In this document: one piece after another, positions 1 to 8,198 of the stretch
How the letters are laid out: each line of letters opens with the position of its first letter
Numbering within the stretch: position 1 is the stretch's first letter
Assembly (NCBI RefSeq): GCF_000025945.1
Contig: NC_006138.1
Location: 1,350,001-1,382,000 of the forward strand
Direction: 5' to 3'
DNA: 32,000 bases
From: Desulfotalea psychrophila LSv54
GTDB lineage: Bacteria; Desulfobacterota; Desulfobulbia; Desulfobulbales; Desulfocapsaceae
Notes under the pieces: model-generated
Told to the model about the DNA's origin: nothing
Database searches by the model: none
What the model saw: only the letters and a program-made list of their open reading frames with translations
Program-made: the position numbers and the translations under genes

Positions 1-8
1 TAGCTCTG

Positions 9-1148
9 TTGAGCTCACCGTCCATAATACATGGCAACACTCTCGATCAGGTTGCGGATAAGCTGGTAAAAAGGTTGGAGAGGCAGGTTGAGCTTGAAGG
101 TCTTAATCTTCAGCTGACGCCGTCCAGTTTTTCAGAACAGGGAAGTGGCAGGCAGCACGCTATTGTAGATAGTTTATACGAGGCCGTCTCCGTTGCCCTG
201 AGTGAGAGAGGCGCCTCCCCTTCACTGCATGAGATAGGGGATGAACCGATACGTCTGGTCGGCAGTTACTTAAAAACAGGCAGGTCGCTTGAGATTCATC
301 TGCGTCTGAGAAAGATGGGCAGGCTTGAGAGCAGTGATATAGCCGTTGCTGATTATACAACTTCCATGGCAGGAATTGATTCCCGGCTCTTGGCTAATTC
401 TCTTGATGTGGTTGCTCTGGAGTTAGTTAGGAAAATTGAAAGGACATATGTGGATATGGACGGGGCAAGGCTGATTGTTGAGCAGCCGTTACCGCTTGTT
501 CCCAGCGAGCCAACTCTGCAGTTTGGTTCTGCACTGAAGGCTGCCCTCGAGCGTGCTCTGCTTAGATCTGAAACCTTTGGCGGGGCCCATTTCGGCTCGA
601 CCAGGAATTGTATTAGACTGATCAGTAAATATAATGCGGGAGAGCCTGTGCAGATTGCCGTGACCCTCGAAGGAGAGCAGGAGCTGCCACTTGCCAGCGC
701 TGCCGCCACCCTTGCTCGCGCAGATATCCCGTCTCAATTTTTTGAAATGATTAAGGATCAGGGATCTCGGGTCTGCGTTGCCTATAGGGCAGGATCAAAA
801 AGGGCCGTCTCGTCTCAGTCTCCAACCGTTGAATTCCTTCTCAATCAGCTGGCCGCCTCACTGCACACGGTCAGTATAGAACCGGAAATTTGTGATTCGG
901 GTCAGCGGGGGATTCAGGTGAGCTCTTCACTGAACATAAAGAGGCGGAAGACTGAGGATGGCTATGTCATTTTGTTTGCCGATCTGAATCTTATCATCGA
1001 AAATAATGGTAAAAAAATAGGTACAGTACGTTCGAAGGGCCGTCAGTCAGCCGGGCAAATGGATGATGCTACCAGTCTCCTTCTGGAAAAGCTGTTCACC
1101 CCGGAGCTTGAGCAAAAGCTGGCCAAATATATACTTGGCATAAGGTAG
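9..1148 (+). CDS. hypothetical protein made of three FlgO/LpoB-like alpha/beta modules; possibly 5'-truncated by the window edge
   Basis: 379-codon ORF. The listed start is TTG and the frame stays open back to base 3, so the true start may lie upstream. Three ~110-aa segments repeat the pattern amphipathic helix ... xLxGxY-strand-strand (e.g. IRLVGSYLKTGRSLEIHLRLRK; IRLISKYNAGEPVQIAVTLEG). The fold-family call is pattern recognition, not a search. Confidence 0.55.
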   Translation: MSSPSIIHGNTLDQVADKLVKRLERQVELEGLNLQLTPSSFSEQGSGRQHAIVDSLYEAVSVALSERGASPSLHEIGDEPIRLVGSYLKTGRSLEIHLRLRKMGRLESSDIAVADYTTSMAGIDSRLLANSLDVVALELVRKIERTYVDMDGARLIVEQPLPLVPSEPTLQFGSALKAALERALLRSETFGGAHFGSTRNCIRLISKYNAGEPVQIAVTLEGEQELPLASAAATLARADIPSQFFEMIKDQGSRVCVAYRAGSKRAVSSQSPTVEFLLNQLAASLHTVSIEPEICDSGQRGIQVSSSLNIKRRKTEDGYVILFADLNLIIENNGKKIGTVRSKGRQSAGQMDDATSLLLEKLFTPELEQKLAKYILGIR

Positions 1149-1208
1149 GATTGAATGATGTACAGAGTGGTCAGGATGGTCTCGGGAATTATATCTACGG
1201 AGAGGGAT

Positions 1209-2669
1209 ATGGGTATTGTTGCAAATAGAGTTGTTCTTTTTGTCTTATTAAGCGTTGGCCTCTGTCTAAGCGGCTGTGTTACGGAGAAAGGCGGGTTCGG
1301 GCGGATCAATGATGGTCATCGTCCAGATACCTCCAGAGAGTCAGGCTTTTCCACCCTTTCTGAACTCACCGATATCTTTAGCCGTGATCTTGCCTCGCAG
1401 GTTCAGTCAAAAAAAATTTACCTTGATCGGGCAAAAATCAGAGATGTAAGTACAGGTGATGTTGCTAACTTCTCCTCCTATTTACAGAATGAACTTGAGG
1501 CGTCTTTGAGCAGAACATTTGACCTGCAGGTTGTCCCCGATGGAGCAGATTTGCTTCTTGGCGCAACTTTTCAGAGATACGGTGATCATATAAAAATATT
1601 TTTTAAATATCACTCCCCGGATTTTTCGGTGAATAAGAGTATTGATTATCATATTGAGCAATCAAGAATACCAAGGGATTCCCTGAAAGAGAATTTACAC
1701 TCAAAGGCAAAGCAGCTTGCGGCAAATATTATAGCTGACGATCTTGAGTATAAAATTTATGTAAAGCCCTTTGAATCATCAAGGTATGCATGTGTCTCTC
1801 CATTTTCCCGTATGTTTTCAACCTTGGTTAAAAGTCAAATAGTTCAGATTCACAGGCAGGTGGAAATCATTGATGATTGTCCTGTGAAGGGGAAATTATC
1901 ACACTTGAATAGTGCGGGCAAGAGGGGAAGAGGTGGTGCTGATGATCATTTTGCCGATGCCGATTCGGTGCTTGAGGGTGAATATGTTATCAATGGCGAT
2001 CAGGTTATGGTCACCCTTCTCCTTAAGAGTCTTGATGGGCATGTAATAAACAGTGCTCAGATTGATATTGCATCCTCTATCATCAAAATTCCGCTGGGTG
2101 ATCCGGCCTCGGAAAAACTGGCGGATCTTGCCGATCGCAAAAGTGAAAGGCAGGAGAGAACGGTTAAACGGGTGAAACTCTCCACGGGTAAGGGTGGGGA
2201 TTATCCTGTTTATTTTGAGGGTGAAAAAATTGTCTTCTATGGCCAGGTCAAGGAGCCACTCTTTCTCTATATATACGATATTACCAGCAGGGGTGATGTT
2301 GCCCTTCTCTATCCATATGGTTTCGGAATCGGGCAGAAAAAGGTGAATCCGGGTCGTTTAGTCTCCATCCCGGACGAGGAGGATGGGGTTGATCTCTATG
2401 TCGAGGCACCATTTGGCAAGGATGCTGTCAAGGTTTTCGCAAGTTCAATCGAACTGCCTCTGCCAACCCTCAGTGCTGCGGTGGAGTCGAAGAGTTATGC
2501 CCGGGGCGTACGGGCAATCGGTAAAAAGCGAAAAAGGGTTCAGGGAAGATTAGCGTCCAGGACAGAAATTAATCCCAGTGATCTGGTCGACTACTATCGG
2601 GGACTGGCCGAGCGGTTTGACATTAAAATTTATGAAGACAGCATTTTGCTGGAAACAAGATCAAGATAG
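1209..2669 (+). CDS. lipoprotein with two FlgO/LpoB-like modules and a C-terminal DUF4384-like domain
   Basis: Lies in ORF 1155-2669. The ATG at 1209 follows GGAGAGGG (1199-1206) and gives MGIVANRVVLFVLLSVGLCLSGC, a signal peptide plus lipobox. The C-terminal YPVYFEGEKIVFYGQVKEPLFLYIYDITSRGDVALLYPY...VSIPDEEDGVDLYVEAPFGKDAVKVFAS fits the DUF4384 pattern that usually accompanies bacterial caspase-domain genes. Confidence 0.7.
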   Translation: MGIVANRVVLFVLLSVGLCLSGCVTEKGGFGRINDGHRPDTSRESGFSTLSELTDIFSRDLASQVQSKKIYLDRAKIRDVSTGDVANFSSYLQNELEASLSRTFDLQVVPDGADLLLGATFQRYGDHIKIFFKYHSPDFSVNKSIDYHIEQSRIPRDSLKENLHSKAKQLAANIIADDLEYKIYVKPFESSRYACVSPFSRMFSTLVKSQIVQIHRQVEIIDDCPVKGKLSHLNSAGKRGRGGADDHFADADSVLEGEYVINGDQVMVTLLLKSLDGHVINSAQIDIASSIIKIPLGDPASEKLADLADRKSERQERTVKRVKLSTGKGGDYPVYFEGEKIVFYGQVKEPLFLYIYDITSRGDVALLYPYGFGIGQKKVNPGRLVSIPDEEDGVDLYVEAPFGKDAVKVFASSIELPLPTLSAAVESKSYARGVRAIGKKRKRVQGRLASRTEINPSDLVDYYRGLAERFDIKIYEDSILLETRSR

Positions 2670-2682
2670 GGGAAGAGGTGCC

Positions 2683-3357
2683 ATGCAGAGAAAACTTTTG
2701 CTTACAGCGGTCGTTAGTCTGATCTGGAGCATGCCCGCCCTTGCCGTAGGTCCTGCCTTTGTTGAAAGTGCAGATGAGATGGTTGAGCAGATGCTTGGTG
2801 GCAGAGAGAGTAGGCAGGCAGAGGGCTTTGTTGTAGGCGGGGAGGACAACAGTAGCCGGACAAGGGGCTTTGTGGTAGGCGGGGACCAGGGGCTAACCAG
2901 GTCTTTTACTGTGGTGGAACCCAAGACCCGTGCCATTAAGGTTCGGGCCAAAAAGGGGGGGCAGGAGCAGACCATTGTCGTTCAGGTGGGGATCGGTCTG
3001 GACCCGGCAGCAAGGCTTAAGGTTGAATTTGACCTGAATTCGGCGAGGCTTCGCCGCTCAGCATATCCACTTTTAGCAGAACTTGCCAGGGCCCTGGAGG
3101 ATGAGAGGGTGGTAGAGCACCAGGTCTGCATAAAGGGTCATACTGACAGCGCTGGTGCTGGCAGCTATAACTTGCAGCTCTCCTATAGCCGGGCAAATGC
3201 CGTGAGAGACTATCTGGCCGGTGCGGGCATGTCTGTCGATAAACTTGAGGTCTTCGGTTATGGCGAGAATATGCCGCTTGTCACCAATAGCAGTGAGGCT
3301 AACAGGCAGCTCAATCGCAGAGTTGAGGTGTCGCTTAACTGTCCAGAAATAAATTAG
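2683..3357 (+). CDS. OmpA-family (OmpA/MotB/Pal-type) peptidoglycan-binding protein, exported
   Basis: The ATG at 2683 follows GGAAGAGG and gives the signal peptide MQRKLLLTAVVSLIWSMPALA. The C-terminal ~110 aa carry OmpA_C-like motifs (FDLNSARL...GHTDSAGAGSYNLQLSYSRANAVRDYL...FGYGENMPL...NRRVEV). A short internal direct repeat GFVVGG(E/D) occurs twice. The 2578-2682 part of the ORF overlaps the previous gene and is not used. Confidence 0.85.
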   Translation: MQRKLLLTAVVSLIWSMPALAVGPAFVESADEMVEQMLGGRESRQAEGFVVGGEDNSSRTRGFVVGGDQGLTRSFTVVEPKTRAIKVRAKKGGQEQTIVVQVGIGLDPAARLKVEFDLNSARLRRSAYPLLAELARALEDERVVEHQVCIKGHTDSAGAGSYNLQLSYSRANAVRDYLAGAGMSVDKLEVFGYGENMPLVTNSSEANRQLNRRVEVSLNCPEIN

Positions 3358-3397
3358 ATTTTGATTTAGGCTAATTATCTCTTTATACTGAAAAAGA

Positions 3398-4339
3398 GTG
3401 AGTGGAAATATGCTGAAGAGTCTCTGTCTCCTTGTGACAATATTTTTCTGTTCTGTCGCTCTACCTGGACTTGCCGCAGAGAGGGTGGCTCTGGTGATTG
3501 GTAATGGTGCCTATAAAGATGCACCGCTGACAAATCCCGTAAACGATGCAGATGATATGGTGGCCCTGTTAAAAGGTTTGGGCTTTAAGGTTATTAAGGT
3601 GATCAATGCCGATAAGCGGGAGATGCTTACGGCCCTGGGTAAATTTTCTCGGGAGTTGCCGTCATCGGAAATAGGCCTCTTTTATTTTGCCGGGCATGAC
3701 ATACAGATCAACACTCGCAACTATCTGCTGCCTGTCGTAACAACCCCTGTAAACGCGGTTCTTGCAGTGCAGGCCAGGGCTTTGCCCAGATGGATGCACC
3801 CAAGGCTACCATTATTGCCTATGCAACGGGTCCCGGTTCAGTGGCAGCAGACGGGGCCGGCAGAAACGGTCTCTTTACCAAGCATCTGCTCTCCGCCTTT
3901 AAGGCTCCCGGTCTTGATATCCAAAGGATCTTTAACAGGGCGGGGATGGGGGTAATGGAGGAAACTGCCGAGAGACAGATTCCTTCGACCTCCAATATCC
4001 CGATTCCGGATTACTCCCTGACAGCTCAGTCCCTCCCCCCCTGACTACCCTTGATCCTGAAGAGAAACTTTGGCTTGCCGTCAGAAAGCTTGGCGATCTT
4101 GCCGCCTTTGCAACTTATCTGGCCGAGTATCCCTCTGGCAGGTTTGTAAGGGTTGTGAAACTACAGATAAAATGCTCAAGAAGGAGGTTGTTGCCACAGG
4201 CGATTCCTTTGGCGGTGGTCATTGTTATGAGAGGCCTGTGCATGAAGTCTGTGTAGATGGTTTTTCCCTGGCAGAAAAATTTAATCGGTCGGTCTCTGCA
4301 GGTAAAAGATGTCAAATCTATTGCGCCACTGTTACTTAG
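3398..4339 (+). pseudogene. disrupted caspase-like (peptidase C14) gene with remnant of a C-terminal FGE/SUMF1-type domain
   Basis: Frame A (3398-) encodes a signal/TM segment plus the start of a caspase domain: RVALVIGNGAYKDAPLTNPVNDADDM...LFYFAGHDIQINTRNYLLP. The catalytic-Cys motif ACRNNP and the rest (MDAPKATIIAYATGPGSVAADGAGRNGLFTKHLL...) sit in frame B (open 3700-4044). About 40 aa normally found between these blocks are absent. After a C7 run (4035-4041) a third frame encodes EEKLWLAVRKLGDLAAFATYLAEYPSGRF. A fourth piece (frame of 4070-4339) has ERPVHEVCVDGF, which is typical of the start of an FGE-sulfatase domain, and then stops. Confidence 0.7.
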
Positions 4340-4486
4340 CCATAGGCTAAAGTTATTTTTTTTGCAAATAGCTGATCAATTTTTTTTGTTAAAGATTGTT
4401 TGTGAAATTGGTATTATAGGGATTTTGTTGATTGTTTTTTGTAAGAGATGTTTTTTTAAAAAAATTTATCCTTCGATAATTAAAAT

Positions 4487-5215
4487 ATGGAAAAGAAAGA
4501 TCAGGACATGATAGTTGGTGTTGCCAGGAAGCTGTATCACAATTATGTGGCTGGTAGCGCGTCTGAGGTTGGGATCAGCGTGGAAGATTTGATTCAAACA
4601 GGCATAATCGGTTATCTGGAAGCTAAGAGTCGGCTTGATAAAGAAAAAGGTGATGGCAAGGCATTTATTTTTATGCGGATGAAGGGCAACCAGCTGTCGT
4701 TGATACGCAGGCAGGCACTTGTTCGCATGCCCCAGAAAACATACGCAAAGGTAAAAGAACTGCTGGCAGTAAGAAAGCAGCTTGAGGCAAGCTGTGTGGA
4801 GGCAACGGATCAGTTACTTGCCGAGAGACTTGGCTGGACAGTAAAGGAAATACATCAACTACTGGCCTCCGTACCTCGGGTCTTTTCCTCCGATGATGTC
4901 ACCGACAATGAGGAGAGCAGTGATTTTTATGAGAGCCATTTTCTGCCGGGGCAAAACCCACAACCCCTCATTAGTGAAATGGAAAAAAAAGAAATTGCTG
5001 ATCTCATCCAAGGCTGTTTAGCGCGACTGGAGAATCCGCGGCAACGCTTGATTTTAGTGGCGAAATATTTTGAAGGCATAAACGTTAAAAAACTTGCAGA
5101 TCGATTTGGTTGCTCTAGGTACTTTGTTGAATCTGAGGAGCAAAAGGGTCTTGGCCAGATGCAGACCTGCCTTGAAAAAAGTGGCTGGCAATGGGACGGG
5201 GCAGAAATCGATTAG
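4487..5215 (+). CDS. sigma-70 family RNA polymerase sigma factor, FliA/sigma-28-like (regions 2, 3 and 4)
   Basis: 242 aa. Region 2-like: ISVEDLIQTGIIGYLEAKSRLDKEKGDGKAFIFMRMKGNQLSLIRR. Region 3-like: PQKTYAKVKELLAVRKQLE...ATDQLLAERLGWTVKEIHQLL. Region 4-like: LENPRQRLILVAKYFEGINVKKLADRFGCS. It is preceded by a very AT-rich 150-nt region (4340-4486). Confidence 0.75.
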   Translation: MEKKDQDMIVGVARKLYHNYVAGSASEVGISVEDLIQTGIIGYLEAKSRLDKEKGDGKAFIFMRMKGNQLSLIRRQALVRMPQKTYAKVKELLAVRKQLEASCVEATDQLLAERLGWTVKEIHQLLASVPRVFSSDDVTDNEESSDFYESHFLPGQNPQPLISEMEKKEIADLIQGCLARLENPRQRLILVAKYFEGINVKKLADRFGCSRYFVESEEQKGLGQMQTCLEKSGWQWDGAEID

Positions 5216-5234
5216 CTTTGTGAATGGAGGAGTT

Positions 5235-5801
5235 ATGGAAAAATTTCCCAAGATGGATTTGCGACAGGGAATGGAAATATGGAAGGAGCAGGCCCAGTCT
5301 CAGGCGGATGCAACTCATCTGTCAGAGGAGGAGTTGGCCCGGGCCGCAGTTCATGGAGGCTTGGCTGAGCTTGATGGATATCTCATTGAGCATTTGGCAT
5401 CCTGTCCTGTCTGTTTGGCAAAATGGGTTGCTGCCTGCAGAGATATCGATATGAGCAAAGATGAGTTTGCCTATGATACTGCAGACGACTGGTATAGTGG
5501 TGGCCTGCTTGAGGCTGCTGCCACGTCAGGGAGCAGATTACCTGCAGTGCTTCTCAGCAGGTGTGGTAATTTTAATCTACGGATTTTTCCGGATGAAAAG
5601 AGTACTGGGGCGATGGTGGCTCTTGAGACTCGTAACCCTTCAGCAACAGGACGCAGCGAGGGTAAAATGGTCACCGTTCAGGATGCTGAGGGTAAAATTA
5701 TTGTCGAAGGTAAAATTATTTCTGGCCGGTTTGCCCGAATGGTTGATAATCTCGATGGTTTTAATTTACAGGTCTGGTCATTAATGATCAAGCAGGGGTA
5801 A
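5235..5801 (+). CDS. putative anti-sigma factor (zinc-binding HxxxCxxC motif), no obvious TM segment
   Basis: The ATG at 5235 follows GGAGG (5226-5230) and lies 20 nt after the sigma gene stop. The motif is EHLASCPVCLAKW (H-x3-C-x2-C, ZAS-type). Its position immediately downstream of a sigma gene is typical of anti-sigma factors. The 5094-5234 part of the ORF overlaps the sigma gene. Confidence 0.55.
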   Translation: MEKFPKMDLRQGMEIWKEQAQSQADATHLSEEELARAAVHGGLAELDGYLIEHLASCPVCLAKWVAACRDIDMSKDEFAYDTADDWYSGGLLEAAATSGSRLPAVLLSRCGNFNLRIFPDEKSTGAMVALETRNPSATGRSEGKMVTVQDAEGKIIVEGKIISGRFARMVDNLDGFNLQVWSLMIKQG

Positions 5802-5805
5802 TGCA

Positions 5806-6663
5806 TTGGGAACGGTAAAAAAATGTACTCATTTGGAACCATCTTCTCTTCTTTTTCCCTTTGCAAGTGGTAATCTTGCAGAAATTGAGCTCTCCTTTTA
5901 TGTCAACTCCGGTAAGAGGGATGGACGTCCTATTACTACCTACCCGCTTGATAATGTTAGTCCGGATCTGGATCAGAGCGTCAGGTATGCCGCTGAAGTT
6001 GCCTATCGCCTTGCCCTTCAATCATCTAAGCTTGGGGAGATCTCTTATGCTGCCGGTTATAGGCTGAAAAACATGGAGGGAGAGACCTCGTTGACTGGGG
6101 AAAGCGCTGGTCTTGCCATGGCCTTGGCTCTTTATAGTGAGCTGACCTCTATACATCTGGGCAGGGTTGTTGCAACTGGAGCCTTAACAGGATTAGGAGA
6201 CGGTGGTACTGTCTCCTGGGTGGGTGAGGTGCCCGCAAAACTTCTTGGCGCTCTGGATGGTCTTGAGAGCGGTGATAGCATGTTCTACCCGCTTGCCAAC
6301 GTCTCCCAGGTTACCGATGTCCTTAAAAAAAAGTATGTGGAGAGAGGAATCAGATTAATTGCTGTTGGCAGTGTAGAGGAGGCTCTAAATTATTTTCCGA
6401 GTCTTTCTTGCCCGTCACAGGAGCTGGTGAAAAAGAGCAGGTGTGTTCCTGCCCTAGCTATTATTTTGCTGGTTGGGATGCTACTGGTGGGTGGCTATGT
6501 GTTGGGTGAGCATGATAACGACCTTGCTGAAGGGAATGTGATCATAGAGGAATCTTCTGTTGACAAGGTTAGGGGGAGGATAAAATCTTTTGAAGCTTAT
6601 AATGATCAGGGCGATAAACCTGCTCCGTCAGCGCAAAAAGATAATTCTTTCGGTTTTGAATAG
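5806..6663 (+). CDS. membrane-anchored Lon-type (S16) Ser-Lys protease domain protein without AAA+ module
   Basis: TTG start 5 nt after the anti-sigma stop; the next in-frame ATG is at codon 89. LTGESAGLAMALALYSELT...VATGALTG...GTVSWVGEVPAKLLGALDG aligns by eye to the E. coli Lon proteolytic domain (GPSAGIAM...[25 protein letters not shown]), with the catalytic Ser and Lys in place. A single TM follows (CVPALAIILLVGMLLVGGYVLG), then a ~50-aa acidic tail ending FGFE. Confidence 0.7.
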   Translation: MGTVKKCTHLEPSSLLFPFASGNLAEIELSFYVNSGKRDGRPITTYPLDNVSPDLDQSVRYAAEVAYRLALQSSKLGEISYAAGYRLKNMEGETSLTGESAGLAMALALYSELTSIHLGRVVATGALTGLGDGGTVSWVGEVPAKLLGALDGLESGDSMFYPLANVSQVTDVLKKKYVERGIRLIAVGSVEEALNYFPSLSCPSQELVKKSRCVPALAIILLVGMLLVGGYVLGEHDNDLAEGNVIIEESSVDKVRGRIKSFEAYNDQGDKPAPSAQKDNSFGFE

Positions 6664-6680
6664 GGCGGCTGGTGCAAAAT

Positions 6681-6707
6681 CCCCTCGTTCTCATAGAGAA
6701 TAAGGGG
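6681..6707. terminator. hairpin between convergent genes (possible bidirectional terminator)
   Basis: CCCCTCGTTCTC-ATA-GAGAATAAGGGG forms a 12-position stem with one mismatch and one G-U pair. It is flanked by AAAAT on the left and CTTTA on the right, and lies between the stops at 6663 (+) and 6728 (-). Confidence 0.45.
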
Positions 6708-6727
6708 CTTTATGTATAAGAGTTGAT

Positions 6728-7786
6728 TTATTCAAATGTCCCGGACATCTCCAGATCTCTTACCAACTCCCGGTCGAGGACGAACTGAACTTCTCGACTG
6801 GTGGCATCACCGGGGCGCACACCCTTGAGCATATCAATCTCTGCCTGGGTGTAGCGATATGGCACACCCTTCATTACGATCTCACCACCGTTTGCGCTGA
6901 TGTCGTTGAGCATCTTCATGATGTTGGCCTGCAGGACAAATGGATCGGTACCGCTGATATTTACCCGCCAGCTAACGTAGGATGCCTGAGGGTTATCGGG
7001 CACAATACGCTGACCATAGTTCTTGGCGTAATTAACGCCATTGGCCGTTTTGAGTACCTTGCCAAATACCTCGACGATGGCATATTCGGTTACACCATCA
7101 AGTTTAATGCTTAGATATTGCTCGTGTTGCTTGAAATTTCTGGCAAGGGCGCCGCCAGTTGCCGGGGCGGTATGAACCGCCGGTCTTACCACTCTCCTGT
7201 TTGATCTGTGACCATTCCAGGCGGTGAGTTTACGGCCAACCAGATCGCCAACCTCTTTTTCAACCTCGGCAATTGCGTCATCACAATCACGGCGGGTTAC
7301 CTTAAAGGTTTTTGACATGCCAACTCCAAGGTCATGGCCTGCAGAGTCATATCCCTCACCGTCAAGTCGGGCGGATGCCTTGCAATAGCCATCACTGGTT
7401 TTCCTTACCTTAACCTTCAGCCAACTGATATAGGCTGCATCTGTGGCGTATTTTCTACATACCTCAAGGCTGGCAAGGGCAGAGTCCTCATGGCTACGCT
7501 CCATGACCCGGTTATACTCACGTTCTGATGCATCACCTGCAAAGGGGTTTACAACTTCAAAGTTATGGCGTACCAGTTGGTTATTGATAAAACGCATCAT
7601 TCTGCGATAATGAAGTGTTGAACTGCCACCATCGTTTGCATCGTCACCTGCCTCAACATAGAAGGGCAGGACTACAATTCTGATTGGCTCGCTGTTGGCG
7701 CTGGCTACGGTAAAGGTCAACAGGGTTAACATTGTTGCTAACATGGCTGCCGCTACTGCTCTTACTGCTTTTTTTTTCGTTGTCAT
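6728..7786 (-). CDS. exported hypothetical protein (FlgO/LpoB/CsgG-N-like N-terminal module), C-terminus GTFE
   Basis: 352 aa. Signal peptide MTTKKKAVRAVAAAMLATMLTLLTFTVASA. IRIVVLPFYVE... is typical of periplasmic alpha/beta tether modules. RBS GGAGAG upstream (reverse complement of ctctcc at 7791-7796). Confidence 0.7.
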   Translation of the reverse strand: MTTKKKAVRAVAAAMLATMLTLLTFTVASANSEPIRIVVLPFYVEAGDDANDGGSSTLHYRRMMRFINNQLVRHNFEVVNPFAGDASEREYNRVMERSHEDSALASLEVCRKYATDAAYISWLKVKVRKTSDGYCKASARLDGEGYDSAGHDLGVGMSKTFKVTRRDCDDAIAEVEKEVGDLVGRKLTAWNGHRSNRRVVRPAVHTAPATGGALARNFKQHEQYLSIKLDGVTEYAIVEVFGKVLKTANGVNYAKNYGQRIVPDNPQASYVSWRVNISGTDPFVLQANIMKMLNDISANGGEIVMKGVPYRYTQAEIDMLKGVRPGDATSREVQFVLDRELVRDLEMSGTFE

Positions 7787-8044
7787 TATCTCTCCTGAAT
7801 AATTAAATGCCTTTTTTCCTTGAGTTGCAATCCTTATCCTCTGTTAATGTGGCTTGCCCGACCCTGTTCTCTCCAGTGTCCTTTAGCTCCGAATAATATA
7901 GACCTGTGCCCCTCTTTACAGGGATCTCCTAACCATTGCCAGAGAGCTCTTTACAGCTATAAGTGGGGTTCTGTTTAATATATCGTTCTTTCTATCAGGT
8001 CAAGTTTGTTTGTTAAATTATATAGTTCGAGCTATAATCTGCCT

Positions 8045-8173
8045 CTCCACGCTTAATCCACCCTGCCCTATCGAAGAAGAAGATATTTATGCAAAAAACA
8101 AATTCAGTTTTTTGCATAAAAAATGGACTATTGCCACCGCCTCCAGATCAGGGGCAAAGTGCCGGTGGCTTTT
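8045..8173 (+). ncRNA. candidate small RNA (promoter-like TTGTTA-17-TATAAT to GC hairpin + T4); speculative
   Basis: -35 TTGTTA (8010-8015), exactly 17 nt of spacer, -10 TATAAT (8033-8038). Internal 14-bp AT-rich hairpin at 8086-8120. GCCACCG (8133-8139) pairs with CGGTGGC (8163-8169) and is followed by TTTT (8170-8173). It lies in a 412-nt non-coding gap, antisense to the flanking genes. Confidence 0.2.
8086..8120. repeat. perfect 14-bp inverted repeat with 7-nt spacer
   Basis: TTTATGCAAAAAAC-AAATTCA-GTTTTTTGCATAAA, read directly from the sequence. Confidence 0.6.
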
Positions 8174-8198
8174 GGGGGAGCATGTCGCTGGCTAGTCT

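Noticed and set aside
2578-2682. N-terminal extension of the OmpA-like ORF
   Set aside because: It overlaps the preceding gene. The ATG at 2683 has an RBS and starts a proper signal peptide.
4257-4511. 84-aa ORF in the AT-rich region upstream of the sigma gene
   Set aside because: Its Phe/Ile/Lys-rich translation simply reflects T/A runs. It has no RBS and overlaps the pseudogene remnant and the sigma start. The region is better explained as promoter DNA.
8010-8195. 61-aa ORF in the 412-nt gap
   Set aside because: It starts with a non-ATG codon inside the putative promoter and has no RBS. It has no features of a real small protein.
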